Positions 47,533 through 60,400 are shown, counted from the first letter of the stretch. The stretch is 64,000 nucleotides of DNA from Ranitomeya imitator (GCF_032444005.1 NC_091282.1:705746001-705810000), one strand, 5' to 3'. The notes: generated by a model not told the origin, from the sequence alone. Numbers and translations: made by a program.

Positions 47533-50500
47533 AATACTGTATGTAAATAAAACCCCCACTTTGCATCACAACACTTTTGGAGTGTGCTAGTCACTTGTAT
47601 TGTACAATTTTCATAGTCATGAAAATACAGAAAAATCTTTAAATGAGAAGGTGTGTCCAAACTTTTGGTCTGTACTGTACCTGTTTGAGGTTCTGGCCAG
47701 ATTCGGATTTAAGGGGAATATTGTTAAAGCAATCACTCTGCTATATTCTCACCCATCAGCGTCAGTTTCTGTCTCTGGAATGATGTCGGATAGGTTTACT
47801 ATTACTAACGGGACGAGAACGGGATGTCTGCTATCACCCCTTATATTCGCTTTGGTGATTGAGCCTCTAGCGGAGAAAATTAGATCACACTTGATCATAT
47901 CAGGAATTCAGGTGAATAAAACGGAACACAAAATAGGTTTATTTTCGGACGACATCATTCTTGCGTTAACAAACCAAACAGAGTCATTACCGGCAGCAAT
48001 GCAAATAATCGAATTATACACTAAAATATCATATTATAAACTAAACATGTCTAAATGACAGGTATTAAACCTAACCCCATTCATAAAATACCCAAAAATC
48101 TTTGAATATAAATACCCTTTTAAATGGGAAAATGACAATATTGAGTATTTAGGTATTCGGGTAACACTCTCAGCAGATAAAATGTAATCATTGAGTTATG
48201 AGGCTCTGAGGATGAAAATCCAAACTGATATGTTACGCATGAAGAAATACGAACTATCATGGCTGGGTAGGATTGCGTCAGTGAAAATGTTCATTCTCCC
48301 ACAAATACTGTATTTGTTCTCCCTGTCATATTCCCAATGAAAATATTAAAAGAGATTCAAGCAATGATTGTAAAATACATCTGACGAGAAAAAAACCCAG
48401 AGTCCAAGCCGACACGCTTTACATCCCTATGAGTAAGGGTGGCCTGGGATGCCGTTACTACAGGGCCGCATTATTCGAACAGTTACACGATTCATGTGGA
48501 ATAATGATGATGACCGGCACTGGATAGCAATTAAAAAACATCTGGTGAGAACCTCCAATGTCTCAGCTTTTTACCATGCACATCAAACTATAGTCCTTAA
48601 TAAAAACCTAAAAATGTCCCCAACAATAGACGTGGCTCTGGAGCTATGGAGAGTGTTGACTAATAAATTAAGCCTTATACAAACCGTATTTATCAAGGCT
48701 CCTATAGAGACACTGTAGCATTGTATCCCGGACCTCAAACTTAAAAATTGGAATTTACCCAAAACCACCTCAATTGGGAACCTGTATGAGGGGGAGGAAA
48801 TAATTACTTTTACATCATTGCGAGATGAATACAATGTCCCTCAAATGGATTTTTACAAATATTTGCAGATCCGGCATTTCCTAACTGAAAGGAAAAAACA
48901 GATGCCTACACCGCCATCTAAACTCTACTCTATGCCGATGAACCCGACATCACAGATTAGGGCGCTGTCCACAAGCTACGACTGTATGTTGGAGAATACC
49001 CTGCCCGCTCTAACTACATACCTGCAAAAGTGGGAAAAAGACCTAAAATGCACATTCACACCGAATCAGTGGAGAGCATCCTTCTCAATTATTGGAAGCC
49101 AATCTAAATGTACTGTGTTGTTATATAGATGGTATTTCACTCCCAATAGATTGTCTAGGATGTTCCGCAGTTCCCCAGACACGTGCTGGAGGTGTGGAGA
49201 CCCCTGTGCAGACATGCTACCTGTATGGTGGAGTTGTGACAGAATTGGACGTCTGTGGGCAGCCATAGATCATCTGATGTTCCAGATTTGTGGTATACCG
49301 GTGACTCTTAATGCACAGCAGGCATTACTCGCTATTGATTTGGACTCGTTTCCCTATGAGTTCCGTACAGTGATTGTACATATTATTGTAGCAACAAGAA
49401 TCAAAATTGCTAGTTACTGGAAAAACTCCAAGTGCCCCTCACTGCCCGAGGTCGTATCACTGATCAACGAAAATTGCCTATCAGAAAAAATAATCGCTAC
49501 ATCTAATAATAATATAGCTCAATTTCATAAAAAATGGAACAAATACTAATCTTTTCATTTAAATACCGTTATTAGATAATTTTGCAGATTCGCACATAGA
49601 GAATGTGATTGGATACTTATTGTAATGTCACCATTTCCCCTATCCTCCTCCCTTCCCTAATCCCCATAACATTGTGTTAATCACTAAGAATTTACTGTCA
49701 TTAAGATGTAATGCTCGACACAATTTGTAAATAAATAAAAATGTATGTTTCAAAAAAAGACCTGAGACTAGGACGGAGATTTGTCTTCCAACAAGACAAT
49801 GATCCCAAACATAAAGCAAAATCTACAATGGAATGGTTCACAATTAAACGTATCCAGGTGTTAGAATGGCCAAGTCATAGTCCAGACCTCAATCCAATCG
49901 AGAATCTGTGGAAAGAGCTGAAAACTGCTGTTCACATACGATCTCCATCAAACCTCACTGAGCTAGAGCAGTTTGCCAAGGAAGACCTGGCAAGAATTTC
50001 AGTCTCTCGATGAACAAAACTGATAGAGACATACCCCAAGCGACTTGTAGCTGTAATCGCAGCAAAAGGTGGCGCAACAAAGTATTAAGTTAAAGGGGCC
50101 GAATAATATTACACGCCCCACTTTTCAGTTTTTGAATTTCCACAAAAATTTAAAATAACCAATAAATTTCGTTCAACTTCACAATTATGTTCCACTTGTT
50201 GTTGATTCTTCACCAAAAATTTACATTTGGTATCTTTATGTTTGAAGCATGATATGTGGGAAAAGGCTGAAAAGTTCCAGGGGGCCGAATGCTTACGTAA
50301 GGCACTGTACTTTATTTAAAAATTTAATACAAATTATTTGAAAGAAATTCAGTACATCCATGCTTCAACATTGTGCAGCATAGACACTTAGTGTTTCCAG
50401 ACTTAATCATGCCCCTACATTTTTGGGTAAATCAACCGACAGGACTGGATCAGTCCCCAAAATAAACCAATACTTTTTCAAAAAAGGTTTTTGACAATTT

Positions 50501-50930
50501 TATGAGACATACTAAATGTGGTTCCAAAACTATATCTATATATTGTCCCCAGCAGATTAATTGGATATTTCCATTTCCATCCCTGTATCCCTTATATTGT
50601 TCAAACAATCTGTTGGAAATTCCTTGTTTTCTTAGATGCATCTTTAAGGATTCCTTTCGGATAACCTTTTTCCAAAAACTTTTGATCTAAGTCTAATGGA
50701 GCCACCTAGGGGGATGGGTTTTTAGGAGTATTTGAGTATTTGAATTGTATTTATTTTTCTCTTTTTTCTAACAATTGATATTAATTTTTTGTATATTAAT
50801 GATTTTTATTATTGTTTTGTCTTATGATTTGGAATCATTTAAATTTTATGTATATTTACCGTATGTTTTTTAGGTTTTTATGCAATTAATAATCAACAAA
50901 TCACGTTAGTTTCTGTCCATTTAAAGCACT

Positions 50931-51450
50931 AAGCATGGTATACATTTTGTAATCACCTGGTGAAGGGGATGGATCATCCCTGAAACAAGTTGTGTGTTGA
51001 ATAAATCGACTTCTCTTATCTGACCTGGGTGGTTCCTGACTGAGCGTGGCACCTTGTGGATTTCCACTGCCCACCTTTCATCTTCCGTCTTTCCTGTACA
51101 GTGTAATCTCTAATTTTCAGCGGGGTACTCTCTCTCCTGTAGAGTGTAAGCACTTATGGTCAGTGGGGTCCTCTTTCTATCTCCTGTAGAGTGTAAGCCC
51201 TTACGGTCAGCGGAGTCCTCTTTCTCTCTCCAGTAAAGTGTAAGCTCTTAAGGACAGCGCAGTCCTCTGTCCTGTAGAGTGTAAGCTCTTATGGTCAGCA
51301 GGTTCCTCTTTCTGTCTCTCTTAGAGTGTAAGCTCTTATGGACAGCGGGGTCCTCTATCTCTCTCCTGTAGAGTGTAAGCCCTTATGGTCAGCGGAGTCC
51401 TCTTTCTCTCTCCAGTAAAGTGTAAGCTCTTATGGTCAGCGGTGTCCTCT
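50931..51450 (+). repeat. Module A: hammerhead-like motif, AATAAA and ~46-bp satellite
   Basis: About 170 bp nearly identical to the sequence starting at 53887, then tandem cctgtagagtgtaagctcttatggtcagcggagtcctctttctctct units. Confidence 0.75.
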
Positions 51451-51479
51451 TTCATGGGTCCCATATAGTGGGTCCCATA

Positions 51480-53886
51480 TAGTTGAAAGTAACATTCAAG
51501 TGAATATATATCTTTACCCATGTAAAGTAGCAGGATAATAAGTGTATACTCCTAATACAAGTAATTAACCAAAAACAATGGAGTTCCATACACAAAAATT
51601 TAAAAATGAAAATAATGTATTACATATGATAATACAAAATATATAAAAAATGAAGCGCAAACATAGAACATTAAACCCTAGTGAGAAGCACCTGGGTCCA
51701 AGGCATAAACAACATTGATAATGATACACATCATCATGGTACTAATATAAAGCACTGTAAATTTCAACAGCATATGGTATGCACCTTGTATGTCAATAAC
51801 GCATTTGGACCTAATGTAAACCCAATGCTAACAATCATGCAACCGAAGTACACATTCTATATTGAATTATTTGAGGCTGCCACAGTGGTGATGCGCCCCC
51901 ACAAAGAGGAAGAAAAAAGAAAAAGTGCCCTTAACAGCTAAGTACCGTAGCTTACCCATGATGGGGAATAACATGGTGCCGAGGAACCAGATCCAACCCC
52001 TGACGCTCGTTTCGTGTAGGCTTTATCAAAAGGGAATGAATAAAGCTTCCCCAAACCGGCGTTTTACAGTGGCATTCATCATGCGGCGTGTCGTTATTGT
52101 GCACGCGCACCGCCGCCATCACCAGAAATAGTTCCCCGCTCCCCGGCATTCACAAAGAGCGCACGTCAGGGGGAAATTCCCCGGTGATATCAATAGACAT
52201 GCGCACTTGGAAAAGTGAACCTGAAGACGCAAGGTCCCTCAAGCCTTGCCAACGAGAGAGGATTGCATCAGATGGCAACCATGATATAAAAGTCCAGCAG
52301 AGTGCACAGATTAGAGTTAGTAAGTGAACCCATGATAATAACATGTGCAGACCATGAATATAAAGTGCATAAGTGCAAGGCAATGCATCAAATTAATGGC
52401 GAAAAATAAATAATTATGTGCATGATGAGAAAAGACATATATAAATATATACATGTGAAACATGCTAAAATAGTGCATGAATTTTATATGTATAAAAATG
52501 CATCATCAATTATAAAGAATGATGCATAATCATCCCGTGTAAAAATGAGTGATATGCCTAATTGGTTCATAAATATATGAAATCATTACACATTCATGAA
52601 ATACACTGTAATGACTATGTGCTGAAAAACGCCCCCGATTTGCACTCGCCGTCTTGTCAAAAAGCAAGCAATAACATGGTTCCATATGTTCTTCCTTTAA
52701 ATAGGTCCCACCATCTTCAGATGTAGAGTTTAATGATAAAAAATATATCATCCTCCTTGATTCCTCAAACTTTATGTACAAAATGCTACCACACAACGCC
52801 CAGCATGGGAAAACCCAATTTAGGAATGCAAAAATAAAAAACATAAATAAAGACAAAACACAACAAAATAAATAAAAAAAGTTAAAAATACAAAGAATAT
52901 ACACTTATTGCACAGAGAAGACACGTCGGAGCAAGGACCCTCACAAAAATGGAGCGAAGCTCAATTTTTCGTTTAATCCCACAGAGGTAATGGAATCTAA
53001 AGTCACGATCCACCTACATTCAATTTGTGCCAGCAACCGCTTAATATTCCCTCCTCTGCTACCACAGTGTGCCTGATCGATCCCAAGGATCTGTAGACCC
53101 CTGGGATCACATCCATGTAACCTATGGAAATGTTTCGGGAGGGTTTTCAGGGTACTGACATCCTCAACTTCTCTTGCATTTGTAATATCCCTCACGTGCT
53201 CCCTTACACTGACACGGAGTTGACGTGATGTCAGCCCTACATCTTGGAGCAAGGACATGTGACCAGATATATCACATATGTACTACTACAGCCTATATGA
53301 TGCCGAATCTGAAATATTCTCATTCCATCTGATGACATAAAATGGGTACCCCTAATTAGATTCTTTTCTTTGCATGCCAGACAGTCACCGCACGGGTAAC
53401 ATCTCCAAGTTGGACCCCTGTTACTTGGCTTTAAGGGATTGGTTACCTTTGCCACATAATGGCTTTTCACTAATAAGTCTTTAATACTTTTACCACGTCT
53501 TGCGGTAAAGCACGGTCTTGTTGTAATATTGGTTGCTAAAACTGGATCCGTGAGAAGTACTGACCAATGTGTGTTTATCTCCTGCATACGTTTCCAATGG
53601 AAATTGTATGTGGAGATGAATCTGATCTTACTTTCAGATGTTGCCTTTTTCTATTTTTAAACAATAATTGGTGTCTCTTTGTTTTTTTTGGCCCTCACGT
53701 ATCCATGTTTTATGCATCGGTTACTGTATCCACGGGTTTTGAACCTATTTTTCAAATCTTCTGATTGAGCCTCAAATTTTTGATCTGTTGAGTAGATCCG
53801 CTTCATCCTGATGAACTGTCCAACTGGGAAGGCCTTGATGGTATGTGAGGTGTGGGAGGAGGATGCATGCAACAAGGAATTTACAG
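51480..53886 (-). mobile_element. 5'-truncated, frameshifted Penelope-like element
   Basis: SVNSLLHASSSH..GQFIRMKRI..FKTRGYS (53657-53875); ARRGKSIKDLLV..CGDCLAC..VIYLVTCPC (53237-53587); ECRWIVTLDSITSVGLN (52941-53258); AT-rich tail. Left end approximate. Confidence 0.85.
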
Positions 53887-55810
53887 AAGCATGGTATACA
53901 TTTTGTAATCACCTGGTGAAGGTGACGGATCATCCCTGAAACAAGTTGTGTTGAATAAACCGACTTCTCTTGTCTGACCTGGGTGGTTCCTGACTGAGCG
54001 TGGCACCTTGTGGATTTCCACTGCCCACCTTTCATCTTCCATCTTTCCTATAGAGTGTAATCTCTAATATTCAGTGTGGTACTCTCTTTCCTGTAAAGTG
54101 TAAGCTCTTATGGTTAGTGGGGTTCTCTTTCTCTCTCCTGTAGAGCGTAAGCTCTTATGGTCAGCGCAGTCCTCTGTCCTGTAGAGTATAAGCACTTATG
54201 GTCAGTGGGGTCCTCTTTCTGTCTCCTGTAGAGTGTAAGCCCTTATGGTCAGTGGAGTCCTCTTTCTCTCTCCAGTAAAGGGCAAGCTCTTATGGTCAGC
54301 GGAGTCCTCTTTCTCTCTCCTGTAGAGTGTAAGCTCTTATGGTCAGCAGGTTCCTCTTTCTGTCTCCTGTAAAGTCTAAGCTCTTATGGTCAGCAGGGTC
54401 CTCTTTCTCTCCTGTAGAGTGTAAGTGCAGCGCCCCAGGGTACTGGTCATTGCAGTAATATCATTCTCCTCTAGGGGGGAGTGATGTTACGTTTGAAGGC
54501 AATAAAGGAGATCTCTTTACCAGGTATCACAAACCATGCAACACATTTCACACTCTAGTCCACCAGGGGGGAGCTATGCTCCTATTTATTAGGGCACTCT
54601 TCACAATTAGGTAAAACTGGTTGTCTGGATAGGAAGTTAGTCAGAAGCTGGCTGAGCTTCGCTCAGTGAGTTCCTGTCAGGCAGACAGAGAGGAAAGAGG
54701 AACATCTATCAGTTGCCAACAGAGTGTTCCCTGACAGGGGTGGGATCCTGTCAGAGGCCTAGACAGAAAGCCACGGAGCTGCGCTTGCCCGACGTGCGGC
54801 AGCATCCTAAGAAAAAGACACGAACAGTGAATTGTATTGTAGAGGGTGAGAAACGAAGTCACAGCAAAAGGAGAGGAAACCAGAAGGAGTTCTGCCCTAT
54901 GCAGGCTGCCTCCTTCTGAGGCGCAGGATCCGGTAGCCGAAACACCGAGACCAACAGTCTCTATGCCTTGCTCCAGAGACCGGCAGGACAGATAATTCCA
55001 CGTTACCTGCCCGACCTATACCCAGGAGGCATGGTGGCAACTTGTGGGGGCTGGGGCGTGCTAGAGTCCCTGTAAAAAGCCTCAGGCCTCCAGTCATACG
55101 GGTTTTCTCCTATCCATCTGGGGGACAGAGAGAAAGACATAACATCTAGAACACCAACAACAGTTGTGAGGACCTCAGCAGTAAGGTACTACAACATACA
55201 GACGCAAGAGGAAGGCTACTGATTTCCATCTGGATAAGGGGACTCTGGATTTGCCTTCAAACCATCCGGACTCTGCCTGCCCCGTGATCTGGTGCTTTGG
55301 ACTGTGGATGCTGAACCTTCAGTAAAAAGGTAAAGAGACTGCCACCTTGTGTCCTCGTTCTTCACTGCGCCTCTCACCATCCACCACCTACACACTGGGA
55401 AGCCCTGGGGACATACTTCACCTGTGGGAAGGTATACCATCTGGCTGCCATAACATCACCCCAGCGAACCCCTTAAAGCAGCGTCGGTCACCCTGACTGA
55501 ATACCACAGGTGGCGTCACAAACATATCCCTTTAAAGACCTTTCCCCCATTTTCACCAGACGTCCCTAGGGCCACGGAGTGGGTCAGCCACCCGTGACAT
55601 CCCCCTTGAGAACCGAAGGACCCGGTACCGAGTACCCCATTGCCCTACACAGGGGCGATCCATAAGCTCTTATGGTCAGCGGAGTCCTCTTTCTATCTCC
55701 TGTAGAGTGTAAGCTCTTATGGTCAGCAGGGTCCTCTTCATCTCTCCTTTATAAGATATTATAGTCAGTGGGGTTCTTTTTCTCTCTCCAGTAGAGATTA
55801 AGCTCCTATG
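53887..55810 (+). repeat. Module A-prime: second copy of module A with its satellite, split by a solo LTR
   Basis: Direct repeat of the sequence starting at 50931; satellite at 54050-54425 and 55663-55810. Confidence 0.75.
54426..55662. mobile_element. Solo gypsy-type LTR (1237 bp)
   Basis: TGCAGCGCCCC...GGGGCGATCCA termini with a 4-bp TSD TAAG; inserted into the satellite. Confidence 0.82.
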
Positions 55811-56089
55811 ATCAGTGGGATGGCGTATGCTGTGGTAGGCTCTTAAATGGTCAGTTCATGCTTGAAAGCCTTCCACCAGAGCAGAATGTAATGAAAACAC
55901 CCATAGCGATGTAAAAAACTTATGATTAGTTATCAGATAAATGCTTGATTGCAATTGTGGGTACTGGTCATAATTAAAGGGAGCAGTTTCATAAAGTATT
56001 TTGCGTCAACTTGCTTAAACACATCACATATTAAGAAATTTCCACTCCAGGGCAAACTGGATATTCTCACCTTCCAGTGGGCCCCCGCA

Positions 56090-56600
56090 GCCTTCCAGCT
56101 CTTCGCAATGCTCCCGTTCCCAGTAATGCCTTGCGACAATGACCTGTGATGACGCAGCGGTCTCGAGTGATGCCACGTCATCTGGGGTCATTGCCGCGAA
56201 GCATTACTGGGAACGGGAGCTGCTGGGAGCTTCGCGAGGAGCGGGAAGGCTGCCGGGGACGCCGGAAGGTGAGAATATCACGATTTTTTATTTTTTTTAT
56301 TACTTTTAACATTATATCTTTTTACTATTGATGCTGCATAGGCAGCATCAATAGTAAAAAGGTGGTCACACTTGTCAAACACTATGTTTGACAAGTGTGA
56401 CCAACCTGTCAATCAGTTTTTCAAGCGATGCTACAGATCGCTTGAAAAACGCTAGCATTCTGCAAGCTAATTACGCTTGCAAAACGCTAGTGTTTAGCAG
56501 GAATATGCATGCCAATTCTGCATGCGTATTTTCCACGGCAGGGAGTTGCAGAATTGCAGCGGAAATTTCGGCGGCAATTCTGCAACGTGTGCACATAGCC
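56090..56600. mobile_element. Truncated MITE-like element built of consecutive hairpins
   Basis: Right end ACGTGTGCACATAGCC|TT resembles Harbinger-type MITE ends; contains several perfect 14-19-bp stems. Confidence 0.55.
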
Positions 56601-57959
56601 TTTATCATGACCAATATAGAGCCTTGTAATGATACTCTTTTATATCCTACCAGAATGATAGAATTTGTAGAGAAATGCTTAGTATAGTTGGGAAAATGAT
56701 AAGCCATGTATTACAATTCCAGTTTGCGTTATTATTGAAAGTAATTATAGTCATGAACACCATATCACTGAGGAACAATGGACATGCTGATCATGGGGCT
56801 TCGGTGTATGGACAAAGGACGGATAACAAGAGTTGAGTTTCATTTAATTAAAATAACAGAATAACAGAAAAATTTATATTTTACATACTTTATAACAAAA
56901 CATGTTCCCACTGCCAACCTGAACAATCAAAGTGTATGTTCATTGGCCTTTTCATCACCACATGGAACTGTAATGATAAGCCCCATTGTTAATAACGGGC
57001 AAATGAAAGGAATAGTCCAGGAAACTGAAATGAATTGGTTAAAGCATGAAAAAAAATGAATTAACTATAACTCACCTGTTGGTTTCACCTTCAGTGCTGT
57101 TCCCTGCCGGTCTTGGCTTACTTAGCTGCAATGATGTCAATCAAGTGACTGCTGCAGCCAATCATTGGTGTCAGTTTGGCAAGTGAACATAGAACATAGC
57201 ATCACAGCAGGAAAGTGAAGACCAGTGAGGACCACCGGAGTAGAAGTTCTGGTTAAAACAGGTAAGTTCTGGTAATAATTTTCCTATATTTTAGCTATAT
57301 TTTCTGCTGATTACTTCAGTTCCTGGATAAACTTTTAAACACCAGCACTGGAAATGTTCCTATTTTCTACCAGTGACAATCTGAAAAAAAAACTATTCCT
57401 CTTCCACTGTAAATTGAATACTGTTCTTTTTGTTGTAATTCTTCAGGCGTCATGCATTAATCATTAAAATTAAACATATAAATGCACAATACAGTCACAC
57501 AGTGACATAATGAGGACTGCAACAAACCAAAGCCAACTGATACATTATGGCACGCGGTATGATTAGAAGGACAAGCTCAGCAGTAACCTGTCCTAGGAGA
57601 TTATTTCACAGTGCTGGTAAGTAAGCTTGATGGTGTCGCCACAAAACATGCCCTATAATCACATCTAACTCAACCCTCATTACTAGCATTAGCTTTTACG
57701 CACTGATATACTATAGTGTGGTTCGGTCCTATATACGTCCGGTCCTACTGATAAGCAGCACAGCTGAATAAGTGGTTCACATTATGGATCTGGATTGGAA
57801 ATGTAATTCATCCAGCATCAAATTAAGAAAAAAATGTGTAGGTTCTTGCTGTGCATCCTACGTCTGTGAGGCATCTTGTTTGTAGCACTGAAAGCTGCAG
57901 ATTGGCATCTAGTTGGAAACCGAATGCGGAATTATTAAAAATGATGATTGCTACACGGT

Positions 57960-58643
57960 TCTTGCAAGATAATAGCATACAGGGACTCACTGCCCAGCCG
58001 CTCGGCGGTGTCTCCTTTCTCTGTAGGACTCCCTGGTCTCCTGATCCCAGGTCAGGTCTCATGGTGGGGCGTTTAGTGCGTGCGTGCACTTCCCGCCTCT
58101 TACAGGGGTAGCAAGCACTCTGAATCTTCCCCCAGTCAATAGCTGGGAGGCATCTAGTATTTAAGGAATGCTCCCCTGTAGGGAGGTGCCTGTACAACAC
58201 TTTATGTAGTGTTAGTGTGAGTTTGACCTTGCTAGTTAGTTATCAGGTCCCTGAACTTATCCTTGAACCTGTTCTGTTTGAACATGAACCTGTTGCTATA
58301 CCCAACTAGTCTAAACCCAAACCCGTAGCTGTGTTACCTGAACCTGAAACCGCTTCGGCAGTACCTGAACCAGTACCATTGTCCGTCTTATCAAGTGTTC
58401 CAGGGAGGGTCTGTACTGTCTGAACCTGCATAAGTGTCAGTCCTATCAAGTGTTCCAGGATTAGCACTGTCTGATCAGCATCAGTATCCGGTCTTGCCTT
58501 TGTATCGGGACTGCCGTGGAGTGGTACCTGGTGGCCACCTGCAGCTCAAGCCTAACTCCACTACCAGGAGGTCTATTAGCTATGCCCCTCTAAATGTAAG
58601 CCTGGACCGTGGCATAGTGGGTCCACGATTCACGTGCGTGACA
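57960..58643. mobile_element. Probable degenerate solo LTR
   Basis: Ends GGGTCCACGATTCACGTGCGTGACA, with an internal TATTTAA and AACCTG repeats. The left end and TSD were not resolved. Confidence 0.4.
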
Positions 58644-59051
58644 AACTAAAGGCAGATATTCTCATTTTCAGCACCTGAATGCTGTAAGGTTGCAGTTCCA
58701 AAGACCCCACTAGGTCACCCAATATTCAATATACTGTAGCCAATTCTATGTTTAAACAAAAAAAGAATGTAACTATGAATTGTGGATTCCTTGAGGTTTC
58801 TTTTAGCTTTTGTGACAATAGCTGTCATTTCAAAGTAATGGCAATATGAACAGCAAAGGTTGCAAGTACACCTGCGCCCATCCAGGCTTCTTGTAGCATA
58901 AGAGAACAGAGGCATGTCAAGTGAAGAAGGAGAGATGCGATGACATGAAACCAATTCTAAGAAATTCTGTGACTTTTACTTTTGGAGCCCTGAAGTTATA
59001 GAGGTTTGCCGCAGTACCAGCCTTCGCTACTCAGGGCACAATGGTCCTTAC

Positions 59052-59128
59052 CTTGAGTCATCTCTGCTGTGTGATGAATACAGAAGCTGGCAAGGTCATA
59101 CCTCTTCATCTCATACAGATACTGTCCC
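59052..59128 (-). CDS. TTC6: TTC6 coding exon, 77 nt
   Basis: ctcctgcag|G...CAAG|gtaagg. GQYLYEMKRYDLASFCIHHTAEMTQ(G). Phase 2 in, 1 out. Confidence 0.9.
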
Positions 59129-59475
59129 CTGCAGGAGACAGACAAAGTAAATCACTAATGACCAATATGACCTTTATCCGGGAGCAACAAGTCATTATGA
59201 AGTGTGACCTTTAAGAACCCTGTGGTTCTCATTATAAGGAAATAAATGTATGAATCAGCCTATTATTATGTTTTACATAAGACACTGTACTTACTTCTAA
59301 CTAATAACCATCAGAATATTTCAATCTTGAACCAATATTGAAGAGCACATCCTACCATTGCACATCAAGATAAAAAGCCTAAACAGAGCCTCGGGACCCA
59401 GCACACTCGAATATTACATACAAGGGCGGTGATAACATTGGCATCATGCAAGGCTTCATTTACCTGGTAGATTAA

Positions 59476-60400
59476 AGGGAATCTGTCACCACATTTCACC
59501 TATTTAAATTATTAATATGGAAATTAAGGTTATAGAATCCCGAGGAGAGTTATACCTGTATGTCTCCTATCAGATGTGTTGTTGCTGAGAAATCATCTTT
59601 TATCACTTTTAGAGATAGGCGAACCCAAACAGTAAAGTTTGGCATCCGTACCGAACACATACTGATAGAGTACGCACACCGAACACGGACTTCACTAGGA
59701 AGTCTGTGTTACTATTTGGGTTTGGCTCCCCCGCACACCCGATTGTTTGTTGCGCTGTCATGTACATGACAGCACGGCAAACATTTCTTTTGATTGGCGG
59801 TAAAATCATTACTGCCAGTCAGACAGCCACGAAATGACAGTGTGAGCCGCAGCTGTTATCGGAGGTAAAAAGATTACCTCCAGTCACTGGGGTCGGCTGA
59901 TGGGACGACTGCTCCCATCAGCCTACGCCTGCTGTTGCTATTAACAGTGAGAGCAGGCGACAGCTAATGGAAGCATTCATCAGCCAGCGCCTGTGCTCTA
60001 AATACATTTTTTGTGTGGTTTCCTCTGTATTTTTGTAACTGTCAGCTGTCAGCTTCAGCAAGTCTGGTTATCAAGAACAGCTTGGTTGGTTGTCAAAAAT
60101 GAGGTGGACCCCAAGCCTATTTTTTTAATTATTTAAATAATTTAAAAAACTGGAGTGGGGGCCCCTCTATTCTTGATAACCAGTTTTGCTAACACTGACA
60201 GCTAAGGGTTGCAGCCCCCAGCTGTGAGTTTTGCCTGGCTGGCTATCAAAAATAAAGGGGAACCCATGCTGTTTTTCTTTAAATACTATTTTAGAGTGCA
60301 GGTGCCAGCTGAAGAATACTCCCATCAGACACCACCTGCTCTCAATGTTATTAGTGGCAGCAGGCTTAGGCTGATGGGAGCAGTAGTCGATAGGAGGTAT
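59476..60400. mobile_element. Cluster of MITE fragments (T2/Kolobok-like left arm, then a hAT-like element)
   Basis: TTAA|AGGGAATCTGTCACC at 59476 and TAGAGATAGGCGAACC at about 59611; boundaries uncertain. Confidence 0.4.

Larger units (their letters stand above)
39318..47600 (+). mobile_element. 5'-truncated Penelope-like element (GIY-YIG end plus long 3' tail), interrupted by the intact L1
   Basis: GIY-YIG ORF, then tail 39849-40207 and 45908-47600 ending in a hammerhead motif and AATAAA (47546-47551). Confidence 0.8.
38941..47677 (+). mobile_element. 3' fragment of another Tc1, split by a MITE and Penelope
   Basis: 38941-39153 encodes the transposase C-terminus (LIKRMPRVCKAVIKAKGGYFEE). 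47601-47677 is the right TIR ending GTACTG|TA, where the TA is the Tyr codon of L1 YLFEVL. Confidence 0.78.
33395..49754 (+). mobile_element. Formerly full-length, decayed L1 (L1-A) split by later insertions
   Basis: 15-bp TSD AAAAGA(T/C)CTGAGACT (33380-33394, 49755-49769). ORF1 33526-34571 (frameshifted; DVEDRSRRNNLCFRGIPE). ORF2 pieces 34970-36108, 38628-38940 and 47678-49549. A-rich tail. Confidence 0.9.
32293..50307 (+). mobile_element. Tc1 transposon (about 1.64 kb without inserts), host of the nested cluster
   Basis: TA|CAGTGCC...GGCACTG|TA with ~220-bp TIRs. Transposase MKTKEHNRHVRDTVVEKFK..WSDETKIE (32694-33390) continues at 49770 [24 protein letters not shown]. Contains in-frame stops. 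Confidence 0.92.
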
